A stretch of 48,390 bases of DNA from Patescibacteria group bacterium. GTDB lineage: Bacteria > Patescibacteriota > Minisyncoccia > Minisyncoccales > RBG-13-42-11. Under the pieces are notes generated by a model. It had not been told where the DNA came from and made no database searches. It worked only from the letters and a program-made list of their open reading frames with translations. The stretch's first letter is position 1; the number at the start of each line of letters is the position of its first letter. Position numbers and translations under genes: made by a program. Below, in pieces: positions 1 to 11,232 of the stretch. The stretch covers positions 1 through 48,390 of the forward strand of contig DATKWJ010000003.1 of the NCBI GenBank assembly GCA_035529635.1, read 5' to 3'.

Positions 1-1953
1 AACCGTAAAAGTTGTTGAATTGCTGTAAACAAGACCTCTTTCTCCGGCCGTCACCGTGGCGCGCAATTCCATTTCGCTGTTAGCCACGCTTTGCGGTCCG
101 TTGTCGCATTCATACCATTTCAACGGATCCAACTCGGTTCCTTCAAAATGGTCAAAAAGCTCGAAGGTACTATTGCCGTCGCCAGCAGTGGATGCATCTC
201 CGTTGCCGTAATACATAAAAATATTAACAGTAGACAATTCCGGCAAAGAAGGAATTTTCACCCAAAAAGTGGAAGTAGCCGAAGCTATGTAGGATTCCCG
301 CCAAAAAGCCAAAGGGGTTATTCCATCATCTGCCGTAAAAAAAACATCGTCAAAATCGGGCTGGCAGTTGCCGCCGCAAGTAACGTTGCCGCCCGTGGAA
401 TTTGCCACGATTATTTTGGCCTGATAATTGGTTAAAGTTGAAGTTGAATTGACCACGGGCACGAGTTTCCTGTAAGGCCAGCCGGCGTCGTACCAAGCAA
501 CGCCTTCGCCGCCATTGTCGTTCCGCCAGCGATAAGCATATTGGTCAAGCGATACTGGCGGCTGCTGTTGAATCGTGCTTTCTCCAAGATTGACGGGAAA
601 ATCGCCGCCAATCGTGCCACTTGAAACCGTCACATCGCTCGACGAGTTGATTTCAATACTTATTGTTTCACCTTCGCCTGCTTCAGAACCAATATCCAGA
701 ACAATATAAAGACAGACCTGCGAAGTACCCACTACCATGGTATCGCTGTTAAAAACCGCCTCTTCTCCGCTGAAACTCTGCGTTGTGCTGAATTGAGTTT
801 CATCGCCATCGTAAGTGCAGGTGCCGGCGGTTTCGTAAAAAAGTTCGGCGTTGTTGAGATTATCGTCGGCAGTTACCGTACCGGTTTCAGTCAGGGTGAT
901 TGAAGTGACATTAACAGTGCCTATATTTGCTTGAAAAGTAAAGGCGCCGCCGATATGATTGTCAGCAGTGTTTATATATAAAGTCCCAACCTGGCTGCCT
1001 TGTTTGGCAATAGTTGTCACAGCCGGCGTGTAGGTGATAACTATCAAACCCTGTTTGCCAGCCGTGCCTGCTCCGGGACTGGCACTTCCTCCGCCAGCTC
1101 CGCCACCTCCTGCGCCGCCTGCGCCATAAGTTCCGCTCGCTCCTCCATTAGTTCCGCTGACGTTTCTGCCAGTTCCGCCCTGCCCGCCACCGCCTCCGCC
1201 GCCGGAACCGTAAGCAGGACTCACCTGCCATTCAGTTCCATTACCGCCTACCCCGCCGTTAGCAGTGCCGCCTGTGCCGCCACCACTGGGACCACCTGAA
1301 CCTCCGGCTCCTCCAGTTGTACCCGAACCCGCGGAACCTACATTACCCTGACCATAAGGTCCGCTTCCGCCAGCTCCTCCGCCGCCTCCGCCGCCAACTT
1401 GAGCCGAAGCGCCGCCGCCGTTACCGCCGTTTCTTCCAGCATAAATCGTATTGCCCACTGAACCGGCTTGGGCGGAACCTCCTGTGCTTCCCGAAGCGCC
1501 GCCGCCTCCTTTTCCGCAAACAGAAGAATCCGCACAAGTTGCGGCGTTAAAATAAGTGTCGCCTCCTGCAGTGGCCACTCCGCCAGCTGTACCAATTTTG
1601 ATTGTTACCGAGCTATCCGGTGTAAGCGAAAGATCGTTTTTTATGGCATAGGCGCCAGAAGCCCCTCCTCCGCCGCCGGCACTGGGATTACCAGATAAGC
1701 CGTTTACTCCGCCTCCGCCTCCGCCGATAACTTCAATAGTATTGCTGTTCGGATTCCAGTTGCTGGGAACAGTCCAGCTGGTTGAAGCCGTGTCGGTGAT
1801 ATAAATAACAATCGGCGCTGCCCGCACCTCCTGAATTTTCGGCGGAATCGGCGGATTTAGCCAAATAGGCGGCCAGCCGGAAAAAATCCAGCTGAAGATA
1901 ATCAAAAAAACAAAAAGAAATTTAAAAAATTTTTTAAAATCAATGCTCGTCAT
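1..1953 (-). CDS. Large secreted/surface glycine-rich protein (partial, runs off the left edge)
   Basis: Manual translation from ATG at 1953 gives MTSIDFKKFFKFLFVFLIIFSWIFSGWPPIWLNPPIPPKIQEVRAAPIVIYITDTASTSWTVPSNW...IEVIGGGGGG, a signal/TM segment followed by Gly-rich repeats. The same frame is open at 1-60. It is absent from the ORF track because no stop lies in the window. Confidence 0.85.
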   Translation of the reverse strand, partial: MTSIDFKKFFKFLFVFLIIFSWIFSGWPPIWLNPPIPPKIQEVRAAPIVIYITDTASTSWTVPSNWNPNSNTIEVIGGGGGGVNGLSGNPSAGGGGGASGAYAIKNDLSLTPDSSVTIKIGTAGGVATAGGDTYFNAATCADSSVCGKGGGGASGSTGGSAQAGSVGNTIYAGRNGGNGGGASAQVGGGGGGGAGGSGPYGQGNVGSAGSGTTGGAGGSGGPSGGGTGGTANGGVGGNGTEWQVSPAYGSGGGGGGGQGGTGRNVSGTNGGASGTYGAGGAGGGGAGGGSASPGAGTAGKQGLIVITYTPAVTTIAKQGSQVGTLYINTADNHIGGAFTFQANIGTVNVTSITLTETGTVTADDNLNNAELFYETAGTCTYDGDETQFSTTQSFSGEEAVFNSDTMVVGTSQVCLYIVLDIGSEAGEGETISIEINSSSDVTVSSGTIGGDFPVNLGESTIQQQPPVSLDQYAYRWRNDNGGEGVAWYDAGWPYRKLVPVVNSTSTLTNYQAKIIVANSTGGNVTCGGNCQPDFDDVFFTADDGITPLAFWRESYIASATSTFWVKIPSLPELSTVNIFMYYGNGDASTAGDGNSTFELFDHFEGTELDPLKWYECDNGPQSVANSEMELRATVTAGERGLVYSNSTTFTV

Positions 1954-2031
1954 TATAATATCGCCTGCTGTTTCTTATCGTCTTCATTATACTATAATTT
2001 TATTATAACAAAAATAAAAAAAGAAAATAAC

Positions 2032-2062
2032 AAAAAAACGCGACAAGTATCGCGTTTTTTTT
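2032..2062. terminator. Intrinsic (bidirectional) terminator downstream of 16S
   Basis: AAAAAAACGCGA-caagta-TCGCGTTTTTTTT hairpin flanked by A and T tracts. Confidence 0.75.
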
Positions 2063-2064
2063 GC

Positions 2065-2090
2065 TATCAGTTGCTTAAAGTTGTTCCGAA
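2065..2090. repeat. 3' arm of the pre-16S processing stem (pairs with 4031-4056)
   Basis: TATCAGTTGCTTAAAGTTGTTCCGAA is an imperfect inverted repeat of TTCGGAACAACTTAAAATAACTGATA. Confidence 0.75.
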
Positions 2091-2191
2091 GGCCAGCCTT
2101 TCAGGTACGCTGGCCAGCACCTTGAAATTAAAAAGAGAATTCTCACTTTTCAATTTCAGCCGACACTCATTTTTCTAATTTAAAAAATTAG

Positions 2192-3990
<1,799 letters not shown>

Positions 3991-4030
3991 TACCGCAGTA
4001 CCTAAAAAACTTAAGTACGCGGTGAATAGA

Positions 4031-4056
4031 TTCGGAACAACTTAAAATAACTGATA
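4031..4056. repeat. 5' arm of the pre-16S processing stem
   Basis: Inverted repeat of 2065-2090. Confidence 0.75.
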
Positions 4057-4259
4057 TTTAATGCTGAATTTATTTGTTTCGTTATTCAATTTTTAAGGTT
4101 CTTCGCCCAATCCTACAAGAATTAAAAAACCAGGAAAGAATTCCTGACTTTCAGTTTCTTTCTGTTTTTCCAACTTTCTTCAATTACAACCGCAACAGCT
4201 TGATTTCTTTTTCTTTTTCTTTTCTGCCATATATCTATTTATAATTTATTCTGAGTTTA

Positions 4260-4288
4260 ATTTTAGTTTGTTTTAAAAAATCTGTCAA
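4260..4288 (-). promoter_or_regulatory. Sigma70 promoter of the 16S gene
   Basis: TTGACA-17 nt-TAAAAT on the minus strand. Confidence 0.75.
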
Positions 4289-4348
4289 GAGCCGACGAAG
4301 ATGAAATTTATTTCATCGCCTGGCTAAACTCCATAACAAAGAATCAAA

Positions 4349-4420
4349 AGCCGGGAGAGGGATTTGAACCCACGACCCACAGTTTACAAAACTGTTGCTC
4401 TACCACTGAGCTATCCCGGC
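4349..4420 (-). tRNA. tRNA-Thr(UGU), CCA not encoded
   Basis: Cloverleaf GCCGGGA...TCCCGGC-T; anticodon arm ACAGT-tt TGT aa-ACTGT; T-loop GGTTCAAATCC. Confidence 0.95.
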
Positions 4421-4441
4421 CCGGGTCCGTTTAAAACCTTT

Positions 4442-4783
4442 TTATTTTTTCGTCGAACTCCTTACTTTCCGCCAATAATCCCTGTTTTCTTCGAATTTCT
4501 TTTTGCTGGCTTTGGCCCTCAGTTCTTGCAGCCAGCTGGAAGTTTTGCTGTCTGTTTTCAAGGTTAAAATTCTGACTTTGGAAAGGATTTTTTGGAGAAA
4601 AATTTCAAAGGAAAAGTTCTTCAAGGGCGAGGAATTTTTAACTTTTGTCAATCGGCTCTTCCAGTCAATCTTGACGGGAACAGTCTCAGACAATTCCAAA
4701 AGAGTGGGCATATTTCTGAAAATAATGATACCCATTCCGGTTAAGCTGGCGATTAAAATAATCAGAACAACGAGTCCGAACAT
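4442..4783 (-). CDS. Hypothetical membrane-anchored basic protein
   Basis: 113 aa with an N-terminal TM helix; co-oriented directly after tsf. Confidence 0.75.
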   Translation of the reverse strand: MFGLVVLIILIASLTGMGIIIFRNMPTLLELSETVPVKIDWKSRLTKVKNSSPLKNFSFEIFLQKILSKVRILTLKTDSKTSSWLQELRAKASKKKFEENRDYWRKVRSSTKK

Positions 4784-4789
4784 AAATAA

Positions 4790-5236
4790 TTATATCTCGT
4801 ATCTGGCAAATCTTTTGACGACGATATTCTCCCCTGTTTTTGAAATGTAATCGCTGACTAGGTCTTTGATGGTTTTCCCTTGGTCTTTTATCCAAGGCTG
4901 TTCCAAAAACGGAATCTCTTCCCTGGTGGCGGCCAGCTGCAGGCAAAGTTCATGGGACAGATTCTGGAAATCCTGCGATTTGGCGACAAAATCGGTTTCG
5001 CAGGCCAATTCCAAAAGAACGCCTATTTTCTTGTTGGGATGAATGTAGCTGGTGATGATTCCCTGTTCCGTTCCCCGGCCGGCTTTTTTTACGGCCAAAT
5101 CCCTGCCCCATTCTTTTAGGATTTCTTTGGCTTTTTTCAAATCGCCGGCAGCTTCCAAAAGGGCTTTTTTGCAGTCTTGGACGGAAACAGCTGTTTCTTC
5201 CCTTAATTGCTTAATCTGGTCTATGGTGACGGTCAT
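4790..5236 (-). CDS. tsf: Elongation factor Ts (short form)
   Basis: IKQLREET..DCKKAL and ELACETDFVAK motifs; follows rpsB; ATG at 5236 preferred as start. Confidence 0.95.
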   Translation of the reverse strand: MTVTIDQIKQLREETAVSVQDCKKALLEAAGDLKKAKEILKEWGRDLAVKKAGRGTEQGIITSYIHPNKKIGVLLELACETDFVAKSQDFQNLSHELCLQLAATREEIPFLEQPWIKDQGKTIKDLVSDYISKTGENIVVKRFARYEI

Positions 5237-5255
5237 AAATAACAAGATACGAAAA

Positions 5256-5978
5256 TTATTTCGCTTTTGGTTTCGCTTTTAAAACGACTTCTTTGACTTT
5301 TTCCAAAATATATTTGACGGAAGACACGGCGTCGTCATTGGCCGGTATGGGATAATCAGCCAGGCTCGGGTCGGAATTGGTGTCGGTCAGGGCGATGATT
5401 TTAATTTCTTTCTTTCTTGCCTCTTTCACGGCCAAGAAGTCCTTTCTTACGTCCAAAACGAAAACAGCCTCGGGAAAACCCGCCAAATTTTTTATGCCGC
5501 CCACTTTTATTTCAAGTTCTTTCAATTTCTTGTCTATCTCGGCCCTCTCCTTTTTCGTGTATTTTTCCAGTTCGCCGGCAGCTTTCTTTTTTTCCAAATC
5601 CTTGAAATAATCGATTCTTTTTCTGATTGTTTCAAAATTGGTGAAAGTTCCGCCCAGCCAACGTTCAGAAACGTAAGGCAAATCGCATTCTTTGGCCGTT
5701 GATTTGACCATTTCTTTTATCTGCACTTTCGTTCCTATCAGAAGCAAAACTTTATTTTCCGAAATCAGCTGTCTGATGAAATTTAAGGCCTCTTTAAACT
5801 TTTCCGCGGTTTTTTCCAAATCTATGATGTGAATCGCATTTCTCGCTCCAAACAGATAAGGCTTCATCTTGGGATGAATTTTGGAAGTTTTATGGCCGAA
5901 GTGAAGGCCTACCTGAGCCATTTCCTCGACGTCTATGCCGAAATCCGGCTCCTTGGTTTTCTTTTTGGTTTCCGTCAT
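5256..5978 (-). CDS. rpsB: 30S ribosomal protein S2
   Basis: GLHFGH, RWLGGTFTNF, DTNSDP and PANDDA motifs. Confidence 0.98.
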   Translation of the reverse strand: MTETKKKTKEPDFGIDVEEMAQVGLHFGHKTSKIHPKMKPYLFGARNAIHIIDLEKTAEKFKEALNFIRQLISENKVLLLIGTKVQIKEMVKSTAKECDLPYVSERWLGGTFTNFETIRKRIDYFKDLEKKKAAGELEKYTKKERAEIDKKLKELEIKVGGIKNLAGFPEAVFVLDVRKDFLAVKEARKKEIKIIALTDTNSDPSLADYPIPANDDAVSSVKYILEKVKEVVLKAKPKAK

Positions 5979-6064
5979 ATTTTTAAATATAACACAAGGA
6001 AAAAATATGACAAGAGGTTGCCTAATAATTTATTTTGTGATAGATTAAAACAGACGAAAAAATC

Positions 6065-6304
6065 ATGGCGAAAAAAGACATCCATCCCAAATATTATCCC
6101 GATGCCAAAGCCAAATGCGCTTGCGGCAACGTTTTTACGGTTGGTTCTACTAAAGAATTCATCGAAGTGGAAGTTTGTTCAGCCTGCCATCCTTTTTACA
6201 CCGGCAAAGAAAAAAGCATGGATACCATGGGCCGGGTTCAGAAATTCAAGAAAAGATTGGCTAAAAAAGAAAACCTGAAAGGAAAACGGAAGGCAAAGAG
6301 GTAA
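6065..6304 (+). CDS. rpmE: 50S ribosomal protein L31 (Zn-binding type)
   Basis: [12 protein letters not shown] and [10 protein letters not shown] motifs. Confidence 0.97.
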   Translation: MAKKDIHPKYYPDAKAKCACGNVFTVGSTKEFIEVEVCSACHPFYTGKEKSMDTMGRVQKFKKRLAKKENLKGKRKAKR

Positions 6305-6305
6305 A

Positions 6306-7352
6306 ATGCCGGACCTTGAAAACGTCAAAAAGGAATATCAAACTATTTTGGAAAAACTCGGCGACCCCGAGCTGATTTCCGATTGGGAAAAATTCGAAGA
6401 GCTCTCAAAAAGAAAAAGTTTCCTTGAAAAAATCATTGAAAAAGAAAAAGAAATCGAGGACTTGAAAAACAAAATTGAAGAAAACAAGGTGATTTTGAAA
6501 TCCGGCGAGGATGCGGAGCTCTCCTCTTTGGCTGAAACGGAAATAATCCAATTGACTGAAAAATTGAAAAATCTTGAGGAAGAAATGCAAAGAATGTCTT
6601 CAGAAACCGCGGCGCCGGCCGGGCCGAAAGCGATCATCGTTGAAATCAGAGCCGGCGCCGGCGGAGAAGAAGCTGCTCTTTTTGCCGCGGATCTGTTCAG
6701 AATGTATTTGAAATATTCCCAATTGAAAGGCTGGCAGCAAAAAACCCTTGATTCCCGGCCGGCTGAACTTGGCGGTTTCAAAGAAATTGTCTTTGAAATC
6801 AAAACCAATGGCAAAGAAAATATCTGGGGTTTAATGAAAAATGAAGCCGGCGTCCACCGCGTCCAACGGATCCCGACCACTGAAAAATCCGGCAGAGTCC
6901 ACACTTCAACCGCTTCGGTGGCTGTCCTGGCTAAGCCTCAAAAAGGAAAAATCAGCATTAACCCCCGCGATTTGAAAACCGACACTTACAAAGCATCGGG
7001 TCCGGGCGGCCAGTATGTCAATAAGAGAATGACGGCCGTCAGAATCACCCATCTGCCGACAAACACCGTGGTCACCTCCCAAACCGAAAGAAGCTTGCAG
7101 CAAAACAAGGAAAACGCCATGTCGATTCTGGAAGCGAAAATGCTAGAAAAGAAAATCACGGAAGAAGAAACAAAAATAAAAGACAAAAGAAAAACGCAGA
7201 TAGGCACGGCTGACCGGTCGGAAAAAATCAGAACCTATAATTTTCCCCAAAACAGGTTAACTGACCACCGGATAAAAAAAAGCTTCCATAATCTGGAAGA
7301 AATCATGGAAGGAAAGTTGGATCCTGTTATTGAGAAGCTTCAATCTGCTTGA
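6306..7352 (+). CDS. prfA: Peptide chain release factor 1
   Basis: GVHRVQRIPTTE (PxT), GPGGQ and RSEKIRTYNFPQNRLTDHR motifs. Confidence 0.96.
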   Translation: MPDLENVKKEYQTILEKLGDPELISDWEKFEELSKRKSFLEKIIEKEKEIEDLKNKIEENKVILKSGEDAELSSLAETEIIQLTEKLKNLEEEMQRMSSETAAPAGPKAIIVEIRAGAGGEEAALFAADLFRMYLKYSQLKGWQQKTLDSRPAELGGFKEIVFEIKTNGKENIWGLMKNEAGVHRVQRIPTTEKSGRVHTSTASVAVLAKPQKGKISINPRDLKTDTYKASGPGGQYVNKRMTAVRITHLPTNTVVTSQTERSLQQNKENAMSILEAKMLEKKITEEETKIKDKRKTQIGTADRSEKIRTYNFPQNRLTDHRIKKSFHNLEEIMEGKLDPVIEKLQSA

Positions 7353-8727
7353 TATCGCTCTCAAGCCGGCTGGCAATGCTCATAACAGAATCGCCGTAAA
7401 ATCTGTATTTCGTATTGGTGGTGCCGGAAAAATAAATCATAGCCGCTCTCCATTCACCGTTATAAGTCCTTTTGGCTGCTCCGTAATCAGCCAGATATAA
7501 GGCGGCGGCGATAAAAGCGTCTTTTATGCTCCAGGGGTCTGGAGCTTTGCCGATTATATTGGCCACCTTATTCCTATATGCCATCCAAGTCGTTGGTATG
7601 AACTGCGCCGGACCCATGGCTCCGCCGTATCCCCCAACGCTCGGTATGGGGCAGGAAACCGGAGTTTCGTTCCATTTTCTGCCCAATTCGCTGGTAATAA
7701 GAACAAAACTATCTGTGTCCCCTTTTCTTCCCGCCAATCCCATTGGCTTCATTACATTGTTGAGAGCAGCGCCGGTCCTGATATTCACTCCGGCTCCTGT
7801 CTGCAGATTCGTCAGATAACACTGGCCGACGTTTTTTCCAAGATTCGATTCTTGGGTTAAAACCGCCAATAAAAGAGCCGGTCTGACTCCGGTAAGCCCT
7901 TCGACGTATTTGGCGATATCGTAAGCTTCTCCGAAAGTCGGAGCTTCCGGAACTCCGACCAATTCAAAGATTCTCGCCCTGATTTCGGCCGCCGCTTTCT
8001 CGGCTACTGTTTTTTCTTTAAGATACTGCTGATACTGGGTTTCCGTCATTTGCAGCAATTTTTCCTGTTCACTTCTGGTTGTCTGGCTTTCCTGTTTCTG
8101 TAAAGTCTGCATTTTAACGACTTTTTCTAAATCTCCTTTTTCAGTATCAAGGGACTGTTTCTGCTCTCCCAAAGTTAGTTTGAGGGCTTTGATTTCTCCC
8201 AAGAATTCCCGGCTTTTCAGATTTAAGCTTTCCAGAGCCATCAGATTGTCGAAAAAATCTGACAAATTGTCGTTGGAAAATAGAACTTCAACGATTGAAC
8301 TCTGGTCTTCTTCGTAGATTGTCTGCAAAATGACTGCTAATTTGCCCTTCAAATCTTCTATTTTCAAAGACGTCTGCTCTATCGAACTTTCAGTGTCTCC
8401 TATTTGATAACTTAAGTCCTTTATCATCACGTTGCCCTGCTGGATTTGCAGGTCAAGTTTTTGGATAGCTGATCTGAGAGAGCTTATCCGGTTTTGCAGC
8501 GTCTTTTTCTCCTGTTCGGTTTTGCCGATAACCCCTTCCAATTTTTTGATTTCTTCTTCCCATTTTTTCAGCAGGGCCTCGCATTCTTCTTTGGTCACGC
8601 AGTCCTCTTGGGCGAAAACCCTCGTCTCCAGTCCGGCTGGGGAAATCAAAAATCCCGGCAATATTAAAGCCGATAACAAAATAAAAATGAGGAATTTATG
8701 GAAATTTGCTTTGTGGAACACGCTCAC
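7327..8727 (-). CDS. Secreted coiled-coil protein with C-terminal lytic murein transglycosylase (MltB/SLT-like) domain
   Basis: Signal peptide, long coiled coil, LTQESNLG catalytic Glu and GAMGPAQFIPTTW. Confidence 0.85.
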   Translation of the reverse strand: MSVFHKANFHKFLIFILLSALILPGFLISPAGLETRVFAQEDCVTKEECEALLKKWEEEIKKLEGVIGKTEQEKKTLQNRISSLRSAIQKLDLQIQQGNVMIKDLSYQIGDTESSIEQTSLKIEDLKGKLAVILQTIYEEDQSSIVEVLFSNDNLSDFFDNLMALESLNLKSREFLGEIKALKLTLGEQKQSLDTEKGDLEKVVKMQTLQKQESQTTRSEQEKLLQMTETQYQQYLKEKTVAEKAAAEIRARIFELVGVPEAPTFGEAYDIAKYVEGLTGVRPALLLAVLTQESNLGKNVGQCYLTNLQTGAGVNIRTGAALNNVMKPMGLAGRKGDTDSFVLITSELGRKWNETPVSCPIPSVGGYGGAMGPAQFIPTTWMAYRNKVANIIGKAPDPWSIKDAFIAAALYLADYGAAKRTYNGEWRAAMIYFSGTTNTKYRFYGDSVMSIASRLESDIKQIEASQ

Positions 8728-8733
8728 TTTGGT

Positions 8734-9393
8734 TTATTTTTCTTCTTCCTCGCCGGCTTCAGCTTCTTCAACAGGTTTCTTTTCTTCCACTTTTTCAACT
8801 TCTTCCACTTTTTCTTCAACCGGCTTGGCTAATTCTTCCTCCACTTTTTCCGGCTCAGCGACAAAGACGACGGTTTCATCGGGCTCTTTGAGAATCTTCA
8901 CCTCTTTGGGCACAATCAGATCTTTGACTAAAATATCGTCTTCAAAAGTTTTCAAACCGCTGATATCCACTTTGATTTCATGGGGAAGATTCTGGGGCAG
9001 AGCTTTGACTTCCAATTCATGGATATTCCTGACCAAAGTCCCTCCGAGATCTTTGACGGCCGGCGCTTCGCCCTCGAAAACCAAAGGCACACTTACCGTG
9101 ATTTCTTCGTCCAGTCTCGGCTGGTAAAAATCAATATGAATCGGTTTTTGGGCAATGGCGTCGATCTCAACAGCATGGATCAGCACCAGGAATTTTTTAT
9201 TGTCCGCTTCAAGCTGGATTAAAGAGCTTTCCCCGGCTTGTTTGAAGATCCTTTCAAATTCTTTCAAATCGACCGACAAAGAAAGGTTTTTTATTTTAGG
9301 GCCGTATAAAACCGCGGGAATTATTCCTTTTTCCCTGATTTTTCTTGTTTTTTTCCCGGTCTCTTCTCTAATTTTCGCTTTAAGTTCAATCAT
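8734..9393 (-). CDS. rplY: 50S ribosomal protein L25/Ctc
   Basis: GIIPAVLYG, HIDFY and LPQNLPHEIKVDIS motifs; acidic tail. Confidence 0.96.
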   Translation of the reverse strand: MIELKAKIREETGKKTRKIREKGIIPAVLYGPKIKNLSLSVDLKEFERIFKQAGESSLIQLEADNKKFLVLIHAVEIDAIAQKPIHIDFYQPRLDEEITVSVPLVFEGEAPAVKDLGGTLVRNIHELEVKALPQNLPHEIKVDISGLKTFEDDILVKDLIVPKEVKILKEPDETVVFVAEPEKVEEELAKPVEEKVEEVEKVEEKKPVEEAEAGEEEEK

Positions 9394-9395
9394 AT

Positions 9396-10217
9396 TTATT
9401 TACCACGCTTCGCTTGTGTGAATAATTTAATTTTTTCCTCGACTGCTTTCTGAACCGCCGAAACCGCTGTTGGCAGATATTTATAAGGGACGATTTCTCC
9501 GGCTTTTCTTCCAAGTTCGTTCCTTAAAGCTTTCGTGTAAGCGGCCCTTAATTCAGTATTGATGTTGATTTTTACAATTCCCAGCTTTATAGCTGATTTA
9601 ATGTCTTTGTCCGAAGTGCCCGATCCGCCGTGAAGAACCAAGGGCATATCTCCAATTTTCTTTTTGATTTCTTCCAATCTTTGAAGATTTATCGGCGGAT
9701 TCTTTCCCGATTTTCTTATTCCATGAATGGTACCGACATTGATTGCCAATATATCCACCTTCGTTTCTTTAATAAATTTCTGAGTCTCGTGGGGATCGGT
9801 CAATTTTCCGCCAATTACTCCGACCTCGCCTTCAACCAGCACATTTTTCTTTCGAGCGTAAACCACCACTTTTTTAGTAATCTCAATATTTTTTTCCAGG
9901 GGCAGGCCTGAGCCGTCGAAATGAACGGCCGGATAGCCGGCTTCAACCGCTTTTTTAATATACTCGAAACTTTTGCCGTGGTCAAGATTCAGAAAGACCG
10001 GCACCCGGAATTCCTCCTGAAAAGCCCGGCTCAAACAAACCGCCTGTTTCAGACCGATGAACCTGCTTTCATTCTCGGAAGTGCCGATAATGACCGGAGA
10101 TTTCAAATTGGCGGCGGCCTGCATGACGGCCCTGAAGGCTTCGAGATTCGAGATATTGAACTGGCCGATCGCCCACTGTTCTTTTTGAGCTTTCTTTAAA
10201 AAATTTTTGATGGTCAT
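9396..10217 (-). CDS. fba: Class II fructose-bisphosphate aldolase
   Basis: LNLDHG, FDGS, GTIHG, LVLHGGSG and KININTELR motifs. Confidence 0.92.
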   Translation of the reverse strand: MTIKNFLKKAQKEQWAIGQFNISNLEAFRAVMQAAANLKSPVIIGTSENESRFIGLKQAVCLSRAFQEEFRVPVFLNLDHGKSFEYIKKAVEAGYPAVHFDGSGLPLEKNIEITKKVVVYARKKNVLVEGEVGVIGGKLTDPHETQKFIKETKVDILAINVGTIHGIRKSGKNPPINLQRLEEIKKKIGDMPLVLHGGSGTSDKDIKSAIKLGIVKININTELRAAYTKALRNELGRKAGEIVPYKYLPTAVSAVQKAVEEKIKLFTQAKRGK

Positions 10218-11209
10218 AGATTGTCCGGCAAAAGTTTTTCTTTCGCCACTCTAACTTTTTTAAATTTTCGGCCGGCAGACAGCAGTCCGTTTTTCGCCCC
10301 GATTTTCTTGAGACAAGCGGAAGCATTGGCCACGGCCAGTTGGACGGCGTATTCCACATCGCCGTTCTTTTTAATCAGGCCTGAAACGAATCCCGAAGCG
10401 AAAGAATCGCCGGCTCCGGTCACTTCAATCTCTTTTGTTTTTAGGGCCGGGGCCCGGTAAAGGTATTGGCCGTCGGAAACTACTGCTCCGGCCGGACCTT
10501 TAGTCATAATGGCTATGCCGGGACAAAGCTCGTCAATCTTTCTGAAAATTTCTTTTTCTTTATTGGCGGGCAAGCCGGCCAGCAAAGAGGCCTCTTCTTG
10601 GTTTAAAATCAAAACATCGATTTTCTTAAGAATTCCGGTTAGTTTCTTTTCCGGCAGAGAAAGCTGGGAATTGCCCGGATTGGCCGCAATTTTCATTTTT
10701 TTCTTTTTGGCGAAATCAACCAAATCTTCAAAAAGCGGAACCGCTCGGCCGGAAAGAGGGGCCAGATAGAGCCACTTTGCTTTGAGCTTCTGCCAAGGAA
10801 TATCTTTTTTAGACAGTTCTCCGGAAGCTCCACGATAGGCCAGAATCGTTCTCTCCCTGCCGTTAAGACTTAAAATAATCGAATGATTGGTCGGTTTTTT
10901 GCCGGTCGTTGAAACGAATCCGCTGTTAATGCCCCTTTCTTTCAGTTCTTTGATTATTTTTTCGCCGGCTTCATCTTTGCCCACCAAACCGCAAAAAGCG
11001 GTTTTAAATCCCTGTTTTACGAAAGTCGCCGCTGTATTGGTCCCGCCGCCGCCGCTGTAAAAATAAATGCCGTCAACATTTATCTTTAAACCCAAAGATA
11101 AAGAGAAACCGCGGTCCGTAAAAGATTTTTTTTGCCCGGCCACCTTAAAATCCTTTGATTTGAGGAAAATGTCCCTGGTGGCTGAACCGAAAGTGATAAT
11201 ATCAAACAT
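10214..11209 (-). CDS. PfkB-family carbohydrate kinase
   Basis: GGGGTNTA, LILNQEEA and TGAGDSFASG motifs. Confidence 0.9.
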   Translation of the reverse strand: MFDIITFGSATRDIFLKSKDFKVAGQKKSFTDRGFSLSLGLKINVDGIYFYSGGGGTNTAATFVKQGFKTAFCGLVGKDEAGEKIIKELKERGINSGFVSTTGKKPTNHSIILSLNGRERTILAYRGASGELSKKDIPWQKLKAKWLYLAPLSGRAVPLFEDLVDFAKKKKMKIAANPGNSQLSLPEKKLTGILKKIDVLILNQEEASLLAGLPANKEKEIFRKIDELCPGIAIMTKGPAGAVVSDGQYLYRAPALKTKEIEVTGAGDSFASGFVSGLIKKNGDVEYAVQLAVANASACLKKIGAKNGLLSAGRKFKKVRVAKEKLLPDNL

Positions 11210-11232
11210 ATTTGGTTCTTATTTGATTTTTA

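Noticed and set aside
91..1698. Short ORFs on both strands at the left end
   Set aside because: Shadows of the long Gly-rich minus-strand gene.
4790..5236. Short EF-Ts as a pseudogene
   Set aside because: Both the N-terminal domain and the terminal VKRFARYEI strand are intact; short EF-Ts forms are known.
7327..7352. 26-bp convergent overlap of prfA and the transglycosylase gene
   Set aside because: Common in compact genomes; no further signal.
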